Source: a virus (Duplodnaviria; Caudoviricetes). From it: a DNA stretch of 63,999 nucleotides. The position numbers and the translations under genes were made by a program. The stretch spans positions 1 to 63,999 of IMG/VR virus record IMGVR_UViG_3300030101_003107; one strand, given 5' to 3'. The notes under the pieces are model-generated. The model had not been told where the DNA came from, ran no database searches, and was given only the letters and a program-made list of their open reading frames with translations. This document shows positions 1-9,373 of the stretch, in pieces; the stretch's first letter is position 1, and each line of letters begins with the position of its first letter.

Positions 1-100
1 CGATGAATATATAGCCATTACACTTTATTTTTTATATGATTATACATATCTAATCCTATTTGTTCTCCAAATTTACTATCAGACTCGTAATGAGCATGAG
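1..100. repeat. Terminal overlap, copy 1 (circular assembly signature)
   Basis: 1-100 matches 63900-63999 except A99 vs G63998. Confidence 0.97.
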
Positions 101-557
101 CTACATTTCTACTATATGAAATATCTTTGCCAAGCTTTAAAAAATCTTTAGCATATTTAGGATATTTCTTAGCAAAAACTTTTGCTATTAATATACCTTG
201 AGCCGAATGACCTGACGGATAAGACGGCGTTTTCATTGAGTCTAACTCTTTGTCATCAAACTTAATATTCATTTTTTTAGCTAATACTTTTGGTCTCGGT
301 CTATTATGATGTTTCTTTATTTTCATAATAACCTTAGATGATTGATTTATTATTTTATCTATAATACTAGCGTCAATATCTATATTCTTTGATTTAGCTA
401 ATTTTATAAAGCTAGCTTTTATATCATCTTTTTCTTTAACAAAACTTTTATTAATAGGTATCTTATTAAGCTTTTTTATCTCTTGAGCTGTTTCAAAAGA
501 AGAATCGCTAGGAGGTTTTTTACTTAAATACTTTTGTATATTAAAGTCTTTAAACAT
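18..557 (-). CDS. PAP2-superfamily phosphatase (acid phosphatase / vanadium haloperoxidase fold)
   Basis: Three PAP2 motifs: K-x6-RP (IKKHHNRPRP), PSYPSGH, SR-x5-H-x3-D (SRNVAHAHYESD). Confidence 0.85.
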   Translation of the reverse strand: MFKDFNIQKYLSKKPPSDSSFETAQEIKKLNKIPINKSFVKEKDDIKASFIKLAKSKNIDIDASIIDKIINQSSKVIMKIKKHHNRPRPKVLAKKMNIKFDDKELDSMKTPSYPSGHSAQGILIAKVFAKKYPKYAKDFLKLGKDISYSRNVAHAHYESDSKFGEQIGLDMYNHIKNKV

Positions 558-814
558 TATCGTTTTAAATATTTACTAGGATTACGCGTGCATCTTACAC
601 CCCAGCCAGAAGCATAAGCCGAAGGCCATACTTTAAACTTACGTTTTGCAGCTGTTTTACAAGCAGGACTAATTTTTCCTTTCATAGGTGTTTTCATTTT
701 ATTAACACTATTCATACGTTCCAACTTGTCTGCTTGACCAGCGTGTAGCTTGCTAGCGTTTCTAAGTTCACCTATTATTTTTTTTACTTCTTTGTTTTTT
801 AATTTAAAAGCCAT
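557..814 (-). CDS. Small basic hypothetical protein (MAFK leader, WPSAYAS motif)
   Basis: Tightly packed ORF, Lys-rich; WPSAYAS motif recalled from small marine phage proteins. Confidence 0.7.
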   Translation of the reverse strand: MAFKLKNKEVKKIIGELRNASKLHAGQADKLERMNSVNKMKTPMKGKISPACKTAAKRKFKVWPSAYASGWGVRCTRNPSKYLKR

Positions 815-817
815 AAC

Positions 818-1219
818 TTAATATTTTCCTCTAACACCTTTTGGATTAGACTTTGTTGATCCACCTTTGCCAGACCAAAGATTTTTACAAGCCCAATACG
901 AAGCTGTTAATTTACTTTTCTTTTTATCGCAACCATGCCTAGCTCTAAAACTTTTACGAGCTGCAGCTGAATAATTATGCCCATAACTAGTGTGGCCATA
1001 ATGTATTATTTTTTCTTTACCACCTTCGCAAGCTTTAACAACTTTTTTCTTTTGAGGCTTAGGTGATCTACGAGGCTTATTGCAAGCCATTTTACTTTTG
1101 TCTAATTTTCTAAAAGGCGGCACATTTCTGCTTTCATCAAATCCAGCAGCGACACCACCAGCTCTACGTCTACCGCAGCTAGTTATAGGAAAAGGATTTT
1201 TATGTTGTATGTAAGCCAT
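818..1219 (-). CDS. Small basic conserved phage protein
   Basis: KIIHYG...RKSFRARHGCD...SYWACK motif recalled from uncharacterised marine phage and giant-virus proteins. Confidence 0.7.
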   Translation of the reverse strand: MAYIQHKNPFPITSCGRRRAGGVAAGFDESRNVPPFRKLDKSKMACNKPRRSPKPQKKKVVKACEGGKEKIIHYGHTSYGHNYSAAARKSFRARHGCDKKKSKLTASYWACKNLWSGKGGSTKSNPKGVRGKY

Positions 1220-1686
1220 TATTTACTTATTATTACATTAACAGAATCATTAGCATCGTCTAGTGAGGCAAAAAAAACTAAATCTCTTCTTGTTAATGCT
1301 GCTTTCTTTTTAGAGCTTAATGTAGGTGAATCTTCAGTTGTTCTTCTTTGAACTTTTCTTCTACCGTCATCAACAAGGCTTGTTTTAGTTTGTCTTAGTA
1401 TTATACTATCACATTTAAGTGAATCTATTTCTAAAGTTACACCAACTGGTATATTTATTGATTTAAAAAAATAAAAACCTTTATCAAGACTTGCTATAGA
1501 TGTCTCTCCTTCTAGAGTATTACCTGTTATATTTAAAAACGAATTAGCTCTTTGTTTATGTATGCCAGCGGCTAAATTAAAATCGCATGCATTAGCGCCA
1601 GTATTAGTAACTGTTAGTTTATTAAAACTGTTACAGCCTAAACTTACAAAAGCATTTGTTGATATTTGTTTTATTATTTTCGACAT
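1219..1686 (-). CDS. Hypothetical beta-rich protein, possibly virion accessory
   Basis: Operon packing; LTVTNT...IPVGVTL pattern resembles small jelly-roll proteins. Confidence 0.6.
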   Translation of the reverse strand: MSKIIKQISTNAFVSLGCNSFNKLTVTNTGANACDFNLAAGIHKQRANSFLNITGNTLEGETSIASLDKGFYFFKSINIPVGVTLEIDSLKCDSIILRQTKTSLVDDGRRKVQRRTTEDSPTLSSKKKAALTRRDLVFFASLDDANDSVNVIISK

Positions 1687-2217
1687 TTATCTTAATGTTA
1701 AATCTATTGTTTTAGTCACTGGCGATCTAGCGTTTGTAGAATCAACAACTGTTATTCTTAATATATAACTACCTCTATTGTTTATTACATCAAACTGCAT
1801 AGTATGGTTTGCGGTTTTTAAATTCTGACTTACTTTAGCTGTATTAGCATTTATAGCGCTAGCTTGACTAGTTGATATACCTGTTTTAGCGGTGTTAGCT
1901 ACTATAGCATCAGCCTGCGATGTAGATATACCTGTTTTAGCAGTATTAGCTGTTATAGCATTAGCTTGAGACGTGCTTATACTAGTTATTTCGCTGCCAA
2001 CAAATCTTCTTAACTCATCTATATCTTCACTTAATTTTTGAATAGCGTATAAAGCTGGTGCTATGGTATTAAACATACCGTCGTCTGCAATATGAACTCC
2101 TGCATCATATTCAGCTTTTATTTCAAGTTCTTTTGTATCTGTAATAGATCTTGCATCTTTACTTCCTCCTGTTTTTTTATTAAAAATTTCTGGTATTTTT
2201 CTACTTGCTAATGCCAT
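1687..2217 (-). CDS. Fibre-like protein with 17-aa repeats
   Basis: Coiled coil (LYAIQKLSEDIDELRR), three xISTSQAxAIxANTAKx repeats, beta-rich C-terminus. Confidence 0.65.
   Translation of the reverse strand: MALASRKIPEIFNKKTGGSKDARSITDTKELEIKAEYDAGVHIADDGMFNTIAPALYAIQKLSEDIDELRRFVGSEITSISTSQANAITANTAKTGISTSQADAIVANTAKTGISTSQASAINANTAKVSQNLKTANHTMQFDVINNRGSYILRITVVDSTNARSPVTKTIDLTLR
1831..1983 (-). repeat. 3 x 51-nt coding tandem repeat
   Basis: SISTSQANAITANTAKT / GISTSQADAIVANTAKT / GISTSQASAINANTAKV. Confidence 0.9.
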
Positions 2218-2220
2218 AAT

Positions 2221-3261
2221 TTATACTGTATATTCGTAAACTATTGTTACTGTTAAATCTACGTTTGTTGCAGTTGTATTTTTAACTAATGAAAAACCTA
2301 ACATATCACCTTCATCAAAAACCCAGTTAGCAGCATTAGTACCACCAACTCCGCAAGGTACTATTACAGTAGACTTTGTTGATCCGTCAAATGTTTCTGA
2401 AGCTTGAAAACTACTAGTTTGATGTGAGACAGATGTTCCATCATGATCTCTCCTAGACATGTTTATTGTACAACTACTACCCATAACTTCAGAGCCTCTA
2501 AATAACATCTTAACTATTTTACCGCCATAAGCAGCTACAACTCTAGTATAATATAAACTAGAGCTACTACCATCTGCTAATGAGTTAATAGGAAAATAAT
2601 AGTCTACAGTAGAGCTACCACCATCTAAAGACATGTTGTGATGCGTGCAGCATATCTGCTTTACAACATTAGAGTTTTGTCCCGTTGACAAGCTTACAGC
2701 TCCTGATGATACGCTAAAATTACTAGAACTAAAACTAGCTATACCTTTATTTGAAGTTGTAGCATCTTCTCCAGCTATAGTAATAGTAGTACCACTACTA
2801 CCGCTAGTGTCTATGCCCTCTCCTCCACTAACAAGAAGACTAAGCGCTCCGGAGCTACCTCCAACGTTATTTCCATCGTCTGTTCTAAAATTTACATCTG
2901 TTATATCTCCTGTGTTAGCTGTAAATCCAGAGTCATTATTTAAAGAACTTATGTCTATGCTACCTAACGAAGTAACACCAGTACCACCGTTACCTACAGG
3001 TAAAGTACCGGTAACATCTGCCGCTAAATCAATTTGATTTCTAGTTATTTCTTGTCCTGACAGTGTTATATAATCAGGCGTACCAGCTAAAGTAACAGCA
3101 TCATGTGATGTTGGTACGTTTGCTTTTACTATTTTATTATTTGAATCAAGGCCAAGATTACCACCACTAGCTATTGTGCCAGAGCTTACGTCTTCAAGAA
3201 AAACATCAGACCTAAAGCGAGCTATTAGGTCAACTATATGCTGACCTATAAATTTAAGCAT
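2221..3261 (-). CDS. Putative tail fibre / receptor-binding protein
   Basis: Gly/Ser/Thr-rich; VTGTLPVGNGGTG and ATTSNKGIASF fibre motifs. Start moved to ATG 3261 because 3321 overlaps the upstream gene by 68 nt. Confidence 0.65.
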   Translation of the reverse strand: MLKFIGQHIVDLIARFRSDVFLEDVSSGTIASGGNLGLDSNNKIVKANVPTSHDAVTLAGTPDYITLSGQEITRNQIDLAADVTGTLPVGNGGTGVTSLGSIDISSLNNDSGFTANTGDITDVNFRTDDGNNVGGSSGALSLLVSGGEGIDTSGSSGTTITIAGEDATTSNKGIASFSSSNFSVSSGAVSLSTGQNSNVVKQICCTHHNMSLDGGSSTVDYYFPINSLADGSSSSLYYTRVVAAYGGKIVKMLFRGSEVMGSSCTINMSRRDHDGTSVSHQTSSFQASETFDGSTKSTVIVPCGVGGTNAANWVFDEGDMLGFSLVKNTTATNVDLTVTIVYEYTV

Positions 3262-3739
3262 AAGCCACGAATATACTACACGAGCATTCAGCAGTATCAG
3301 CTTGAAGTAAAACTTCTTCAATTTTACCTGAAACTGTTGTAGCTGATTTAACAGTACCTAACGTTACACCAGCGTCTATACAGAAAAAATTAAAAGTATC
3401 AAAATACATGCTTTGTCCAGCTAGTAGTTTATAGTTAACTGATAAGTTATTAGTTGCGTCTTGAATAGTTAAAATAACAAAGTTACTAGAGTCATTATTA
3501 GTTATACGCATATACTTAAAATCAGTATGCTTAATTTGACCAGCTGACTCTGTTGGAGAACCAGCGTGATCTATTTTAAAAACTTGAGTAGCTCCAGTAT
3601 GTAATATTCCTAACGTTTGTTGAAACACATGGTTTACACCTGTTATTTCAAGATCATCTGAAGAGCCTGTTGTGTCAAAGCTAAAAGTTGTACCGTCTAT
3701 TGTTACACTTTCTTTTATACCTAATGTTAATGTTGCCAT
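3254..3739 (-). CDS. Small beta-rich structural protein (distant paralog of 4211 and 4636 ORFs)
   Basis: MATLT start; KYMRITN...KLLAGQSMYF pattern. Confidence 0.65.
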   Translation of the reverse strand: MATLTLGIKESVTIDGTTFSFDTTGSSDDLEITGVNHVFQQTLGILHTGATQVFKIDHAGSPTESAGQIKHTDFKYMRITNNDSSNFVILTIQDATNNLSVNYKLLAGQSMYFDTFNFFCIDAGVTLGTVKSATTVSGKIEEVLLQADTAECSCSIFVAYA

Positions 3740-3741
3740 AG

Positions 3742-4209
3742 TTAATCGTAATCTATATATGTTATTGTTACCTCTTCGCCTTGCTCAATAGCTTTTGCAA
3801 TGCTCGGGTAAATACGTTTATACGCGTTGACAGACTTTCCAACAAACCCGTCTCTAAGTATAAGGTTGTTTTCTTGACTATCCCCAACGATAAGACACCC
3901 AGCAGTATGCTCATCAGTGTTTCCAGTATGAATAAGAATATACTCAAAACCAGGAACATCGACGACATGAAGCATACCACGATGTAAACCAGGATATTTT
4001 TTATCATATCTTGCATGGAAGCCACCTTCTTTTCTTAACTCAATACGATATGTACCTGCTGGTATTCTAGTTTCACCTTTTACTTTTAAAACACGATGTT
4101 CGTCTTCTAAAGTATAACACAAAAAATGTTTTTTTATGTCTGTTACTTCAAACAAAATACCATGTGTACAATCGGCTTGAGAACTAAATCTCAATACTTC
4201 AAGTTTCAT
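3742..4209 (-). CDS. DUF5675-like protein, candidate peptidoglycan-acting enzyme / endolysin
   Basis: CYTLED, TRIPAGTY, VPGFEYILIHTGNT..HTAGCLIVG with a His/Cys pair, as in L,D-transpeptidase-like folds. Confidence 0.75.
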   Translation of the reverse strand: MKLEVLRFSSQADCTHGILFEVTDIKKHFLCYTLEDEHRVLKVKGETRIPAGTYRIELRKEGGFHARYDKKYPGLHRGMLHVVDVPGFEYILIHTGNTDEHTAGCLIVGDSQENNLILRDGFVGKSVNAYKRIYPSIAKAIEQGEEVTITYIDYD

Positions 4210-4210
4210 A

Positions 4211-4612
4211 TTAATATAAAGCCATGTATTCTAAAGTAACTGAATCAGTAGTACTAGGTGTAACTTTTAAGTCAGACGCATCTGGAGCTAGCGTAGGCAT
4301 AAAAAGCCAATCACCACCATAAAGTCTACCAACTTCAACACTACCTAGTAATACTTGAACATACTGAGTTGAAGATGTAGAAGTATTTTTAATATATACT
4401 TTTTCATGTCCAGAAGATGTAATGTCATCTGCTGAATAATCAATTAAAGTAAAAGCAGTGTTTTGCGTTAATGTTTTAGAAGCTAAACCAGTAGATCCAG
4501 TAATACCTGTTGAAATACCAGCTTGTGTTAATACTGAAGAGTTTGATATATTAATACTGTTAGAGTGTAAATCTCTACTTGATATTGATATTGCAGCTGT
4601 TACTGTTGCCAT
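4211..4612 (-). CDS. Small structural protein, paralog A
   Basis: Shares VYIxN...GRLYxGDWxFxP...ExM with 4636..5061. Confidence 0.7.
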   Translation of the reverse strand: MATVTAAISISSRDLHSNSINISNSSVLTQAGISTGITGSTGLASKTLTQNTAFTLIDYSADDITSSGHEKVYIKNTSTSSTQYVQVLLGSVEVGRLYGGDWLFMPTLAPDASDLKVTPSTTDSVTLEYMALY

Positions 4613-4635
4613 AATTTTTTATTGTTAATTAGTTA

Positions 4636-5061
4636 TTAATCTGCAGCTGTTGCTAGCGTTTCATTTTCGTGCATGCACATCCACTCTATAGTTTGAGTAC
4701 CACTACTGGCCTCTACTTCTATATCATGAGTAGCATCATCACAATTCCAAGGTATAAACATCCAATCACCAGCGTATAATCTACCAATAACTTCTGCATC
4801 TATAGTTATAGTAACATACAGTGTAACGTCTGTTTCTAAATTAGCTATATAAACCCAGTTAGATTTATCTACAGCCGCCGCAGTGGCGTCTAATAAATCA
4901 AAATTAGTACCAGATGTTATTTCATTTCTACCCATACGAACTTGATCTAAACCTATTTGAAGCCCAGCTTTATACAACACGTTTGAAGTTGCAACGTTTA
5001 AAGGGGCTGTAGATATTAGATCAGAACTGTTTAATGTAAAACTACATGTTGTTGTTGCCAT
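4636..5061 (-). CDS. Small structural protein, paralog B
   Basis: WVYIANL...IGRLYAGDWMFIPW...IEWM. Confidence 0.7.
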   Translation of the reverse strand: MATTTCSFTLNSSDLISTAPLNVATSNVLYKAGLQIGLDQVRMGRNEITSGTNFDLLDATAAAVDKSNWVYIANLETDVTLYVTITIDAEVIGRLYAGDWMFIPWNCDDATHDIEVEASSGTQTIEWMCMHENETLATAAD

Positions 5062-5064
5062 TTT

Positions 5065-6876
5065 TTATTGTTTTATAATTTTATGTTTTAATGTTCTGCT
5101 ATTTATTTCTATGTGTAAACTATATACACCAGGTGTTAGTGCAGATACATCTATTATATTCACCTGTTTTGCTTCTAACGTAACTTTACCTGTAATGTCA
5201 TATAATTTAACGTTAGCTATTTTATTTATTCTTATAGTTGATTTAACTGGATTAGGATAAACCTCAGTGTTTATTATTAGTTCGTTTAAACTTGTAGGTC
5301 CTGACCACCCGTTTTGACAGTAAGTATACAAATCATCGCAAGTATAATCCCAAGTATTATCACAACAATACGGATCAACATCTATAACCCACTCAAAACA
5401 AGCGTCAGGCACATAGTATATATCACCACTAGCACAACCAGCAGAATAATAACACGAACTATCAGCGATGTTTGCTTCAATATTATAATTAATAGCGGAC
5501 GGATCAGTGCAACCAGGCACTGGATAAATACAAGAATTATTATCAGTGTTTGCAAGAGCATTATAGTTTATAGCCGTGCTATCAGTACAACCATTTATTA
5601 TTTCAATACAGCTACCGTTGTCTGTATTACATGTGTCACAATAATTAAAAGCTGTAGGATCTATACAGCCAAATATAAGCGGTATACAACTACCGTCTTC
5701 TACGTTAGCGTTAGGATTATAGTTAAAAGCATCGTCGTCCATGCAACCTAAAACTACTTCAATACAAGATCCTTCAAGCTCTACATTTGCTTCAGGATTA
5801 TAATTAAAAGCCGTAGAGTCCATACATCCAAGAACTATTAACGTCTCACAAGAGCCATTATCAAAATCTGCTTCTTCATTATATTCAATGTAGTTTGGAT
5901 TCATGCAGCCAGCTATATAGTAGCAGCTGCCGTCATCTGTATTAACGCTGTCATTATAGTTTAAAGCTGTTTCGTCTATACAGCCGTATGTTCTGTCTAT
6001 ACAATTATTGCCACAGTCAGGATCACCAAATATATAAACAAAAGGCGGTATAGGATTTACAAACCCACCTTCTATTTCTATAGCTACATGTTCTTCAGAA
6101 TATATACTATAGCCGCACTGTACGGCTGTAAAGTCTGATTGTTGAGTTATATTAAACTGTACTCTTACAGGCTCTGATATATTTAAGTTAAAAGTAAACG
6201 CAGTATCAAAGCCTTCTTCTAAAGTAAATTGACCTATAAAATTATTGCCCTGATAAACCATTAAGTATGAGCCAGCCCAACCGTTGCCTGCTAAATCTGT
6301 TAACTCTAACGTGTGAGTACAACTATCTACAAACTCATCAATGTTTGCCATAGGATCATAATTGAAAGCTAGTGAGTCTGTACAACCAAATAGCTTTGGT
6401 GTAAAACACATACCTGTGTCTACTGTTGCTTCTGGCAAAAACTCTAAAAAGTCGTCTTGCATACATCCATACACGGGTGGAGGTGGCGCACAATCTTCTA
6501 ATGTAAACCCATGAAAAGCAGCATAACCAAAATCTGCAGAGTCTGGTTGTACTAAAGTATCACCGCAATGAACTACATAATATGACCCATCTTGACCACC
6601 CCATAAACTACCAGCCATACCATCTCCGTACTGATCAGCTATGTTAAATAAATAATCACCGTTAGGTATGCATACTTGAATTACTTGCGGTTGATAATCT
6701 ACTATATCAACATAAGGCCCACCAGTAGCAATAGTGTCTTCTAGCGGTGTAATAATAGCCCAAGAAGTTTCTTCTGGATATTGATCAGGATTAATAATTA
6801 TATTTACGTAAGTACCGTTTGGACATTGCGCAAACGCTATATTAACACATAATAATAATGTAATTAAATATTTCAT
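5065..6876 (-). CDS. Secreted Cys-repeat protein with T9SS type A C-terminal sorting domain
   Basis: Signal peptide MKYLITLLLCVNIAFA|Q; nine GCxDxxAxNY-type repeats; C-terminal VYPNPV...LYDITGK...IDVSALTPGVY...KIIKQ. Confidence 0.9.
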   Translation of the reverse strand: MKYLITLLLCVNIAFAQCPNGTYVNIIINPDQYPEETSWAIITPLEDTIATGGPYVDIVDYQPQVIQVCIPNGDYLFNIADQYGDGMAGSLWGGQDGSYYVVHCGDTLVQPDSADFGYAAFHGFTLEDCAPPPPVYGCMQDDFLEFLPEATVDTGMCFTPKLFGCTDSLAFNYDPMANIDEFVDSCTHTLELTDLAGNGWAGSYLMVYQGNNFIGQFTLEEGFDTAFTFNLNISEPVRVQFNITQQSDFTAVQCGYSIYSEEHVAIEIEGGFVNPIPPFVYIFGDPDCGNNCIDRTYGCIDETALNYNDSVNTDDGSCYYIAGCMNPNYIEYNEEADFDNGSCETLIVLGCMDSTAFNYNPEANVELEGSCIEVVLGCMDDDAFNYNPNANVEDGSCIPLIFGCIDPTAFNYCDTCNTDNGSCIEIINGCTDSTAINYNALANTDNNSCIYPVPGCTDPSAINYNIEANIADSSCYYSAGCASGDIYYVPDACFEWVIDVDPYCCDNTWDYTCDDLYTYCQNGWSGPTSLNELIINTEVYPNPVKSTIRINKIANVKLYDITGKVTLEAKQVNIIDVSALTPGVYSLHIEINSRTLKHKIIKQ

Positions 6877-6880
6877 ATTG

Positions 6881-7690
6881 TTAGCCTATTAATTCTCTGT
6901 TATTCATAATATTAAAAAGCTCTGTTACTTGACTAGAAGACAGCTCTTTCTCGTATGATCCCCACTCAAATAACTTTGCACCCATTTGCCTTTGAGGACT
7001 GCCAGAGTGATGACCTATAATTTTTATATCAAAAGCTTTATCTCCACTTAAGCTGCTTGAAGAGGCTTCATTTATTGAATCTGAATTTGTATCGTTTCCT
7101 CCAAAATAAGCTTTAACTGTACCGCCATCAGTGTCTGAACAAGTTATTACTACTAAACTCTTAGTGTCGTGCAGTGGATCAGGATTAGTAGCTACGCTAA
7201 TAGAGCTACTTGAAGATCCAGACGCAGCGCCAGAAAGCACCATTTGAAAAAAAGTATTACTTAAAGTACTTGTATTATCAAAAAAGTTTATAGTACTATC
7301 AGTAGATGATAAAGTACCACCAGCAGTAAACCCATGAAATATAAGTGTACCTGAAGTAAAGTCCTCTAGCTCTACAAGAAAATACAAAGAAAAAGCTCCT
7401 GTAAAAGATTGAAGGGAACTAAATTCTAGTCTATTAGAGTTAGCGCTAGTTTCTGCAACAGTAAAATTTATACCGCCTGTAGTAGAGTCATATAATGGTT
7501 GGCGATTAACAGTTGTTTGTACTAAATTGGCTGTACCTATTTGATCTTCCCAGTTAGTAACACGATCACTAGAAGTAGTTATACCAGTTTCATGTTGAAA
7601 AAAATGTTTCATGTCACCTAGAGAGTCAGGTAAAACTACTCCGCTTGGTGTTACTGTTTGTGATAAACTTTGGCCTAATCCTAAACCCAT
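6881..7690 (-). CDS. LamG/concanavalin-like domain protein, likely virion fibre or spike
   Basis: MGLGLGxSL leader; VTNWEDQ..QP.Y and final FEWGSYEKELSSSQV pattern typical of LamG-like phage domains. Confidence 0.6.
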   Translation of the reverse strand: MGLGLGQSLSQTVTPSGVVLPDSLGDMKHFFQHETGITTSSDRVTNWEDQIGTANLVQTTVNRQPLYDSTTGGINFTVAETSANSNRLEFSSLQSFTGAFSLYFLVELEDFTSGTLIFHGFTAGGTLSSTDSTINFFDNTSTLSNTFFQMVLSGAASGSSSSSISVATNPDPLHDTKSLVVITCSDTDGGTVKAYFGGNDTNSDSINEASSSSLSGDKAFDIKIIGHHSGSPQRQMGAKLFEWGSYEKELSSSQVTELFNIMNNRELIG

Positions 7691-7694
7691 AATA

Positions 7695-8042
7695 TTAAAA
7701 TTTACTTATAATTAATTCATCAATATATTCTTGTATCTCTTCACGGGTAGCAACCATTTTAAAACTTAAGTCTGCTTGAAACCGTTTGACTTCTTCACCA
7801 TCATCGAAAACAATGATAGTAGGTACAATAGCAATAGCATATTTTTTTTGTATTTTTGTGTCGTCTATACTTAAACTTTTTTTGCCAGCGTCTGATAATT
7901 TATCAAACCACTCAACGTCATTAGCTTCGTTCCAGCCAGCATTAAAGTGTATTACTTTTACTTGACTAAAAGCTGTTGATACTGTAAACACTAATAACAT
8001 GATTAGTATGTACAAGTAGTTTGCTATACACACTTTTTTCAT
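7695..8042 (-). CDS. Exported thioredoxin-fold protein lacking CxxC
   Basis: Signal peptide ending AFS|Q; VIHFNAGWNEAN replaces FxAxWCxxC; YAIAIVPTIIVFDDGEEVKRF is the thioredoxin C-terminal signature. Confidence 0.75.
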   Translation of the reverse strand: MKKVCIANYLYILIMLLVFTVSTAFSQVKVIHFNAGWNEANDVEWFDKLSDAGKKSLSIDDTKIQKKYAIAIVPTIIVFDDGEEVKRFQADLSFKMVATREEIQEYIDELIISKF

Positions 8043-8320
8043 CTTCTGTCTAATTTATCTTCTATACGTCTAACGCTTTCTTTAAGTTCTTTAACATCTT
8101 CTTGTGTTGTCATGATAGTGTTACGTATCATTTCATCTTTCATTTGAAACTCCATGCGTGTAACTTCTGGAGCTGGTGGCTCTGGAAGTTCTTTTGCGTC
8201 AGCAATATCTGCTTGAAGCGTAAACCACATACCAGTCATTGTTACTAGTACGATACCTAATGATATTATTGTTTCTAAACTTAATTTTACTTTTGTATCT
8301 TTACCTATTTCAGTTGCCAT
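8039..8320 (-). CDS. Single-pass membrane protein with coiled coil
   Basis: One hydrophobic helix (IISLGIVLVTMTGMWF) followed by a heptad region. Confidence 0.7.
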   Translation of the reverse strand: MATEIGKDTKVKLSLETIISLGIVLVTMTGMWFTLQADIADAKELPEPPAPEVTRMEFQMKDEMIRNTIMTTQEDVKELKESVRRIEDKLDRR

Positions 8321-8323
8321 TTT

Positions 8324-9367
8324 TTAGAATATAATGTAGTTTATACCTGCTTTAAAATCGTACCATTCACGATTCCAGTATTTATTGTACTTACCTTCAG
8401 CAAACACTCCTAAGTTTCTATTTAGTTTATAACCAAATATCAAACCACCTGAGTAGTCGTACCATTGTTCGCCGTTATTAAAGTTATGGTATGAAAATCT
8501 ACCACCATCATCATAGTGATAAGGCATAAAGTTGCCCCAGCTGTGCAGCCAAAAGCTTTTGGTATAATGGTAAAAGTCAAAACCAATAACAACACTATTT
8601 TGCCATTGATTATCTAACTCATTACGTTTTTTATCTACATAGTTTTCTAAAACTGTAGGTATTACTACTTGATTCCAAACATCAGAGCTTGTAGCTACTA
8701 TACTACCGTTTGGATCTTTGTATTCATTATTGTATACATCTATGCTATAACCTTCTTGTATTGCTAGCTGTGTGTAATGTATATCGCCTGTAGCCATAGT
8801 CCACTCTTCTAATGGATCATAACCGTATGGCTCTGCTAGTCTAGTAACGCCACCAAAGTTAAACGATAACTTTTTTTTACCGTTTAATCTAAATCTTTGC
8901 GTGGCTTCATAATATTCTATGTCTGCAAAACCATCTTTAATATATTCTACTTTTGTAAACCAAACAGGCCTAACATATCTTAACATGTGTGTTTGATCAA
9001 AGTATTCTACGCCTTCTTGTCTTTTGTAATCTACTTCAAATAAATACTCAAAAGGTGATCTACCAATATTAGCCGCATCTGAAAATGATGTTTCTGTACC
9101 ATCTTTAAAAGGTGTAGATCCTTCGTAGCCAAATCTTTGTATTTTGCGTATACCCATAGTTAATGAGTAATCGTAAGGCGTTAATATAGTATCATATAAT
9201 AGCGTGCTATTGTTAATAGAATATATTTCTCTATCAGACAATGATGTACCGCCATTAGTAGCTACATAAAACGTAGAAAACTTAAATGCTTTTTTAATTT
9301 GCGAGCAACACTCTTTAGGTGCTGCGCAAGAAATTATAAATATTAATATTAAAATTATATACTTCAT
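8324..9367 (-). CDS. Putative outer-membrane beta-barrel protein
   Basis: Signal or lipobox (IIISC); aromatic-rich amphipathic strands; C-terminal FKAGINYIIF resembles a BAM beta-signal. Confidence 0.7.
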   Translation of the reverse strand: MKYIILILIFIISCAAPKECCSQIKKAFKFSTFYVATNGGTSLSDREIYSINNSTLLYDTILTPYDYSLTMGIRKIQRFGYEGSTPFKDGTETSFSDAANIGRSPFEYLFEVDYKRQEGVEYFDQTHMLRYVRPVWFTKVEYIKDGFADIEYYEATQRFRLNGKKKLSFNFGGVTRLAEPYGYDPLEEWTMATGDIHYTQLAIQEGYSIDVYNNEYKDPNGSIVATSSDVWNQVVIPTVLENYVDKKRNELDNQWQNSVVIGFDFYHYTKSFWLHSWGNFMPYHYDDGGRFSYHNFNNGEQWYDYSGGLIFGYKLNRNLGVFAEGKYNKYWNREWYDFKAGINYIIF

Positions 9368-9373
9368 AAGTAA

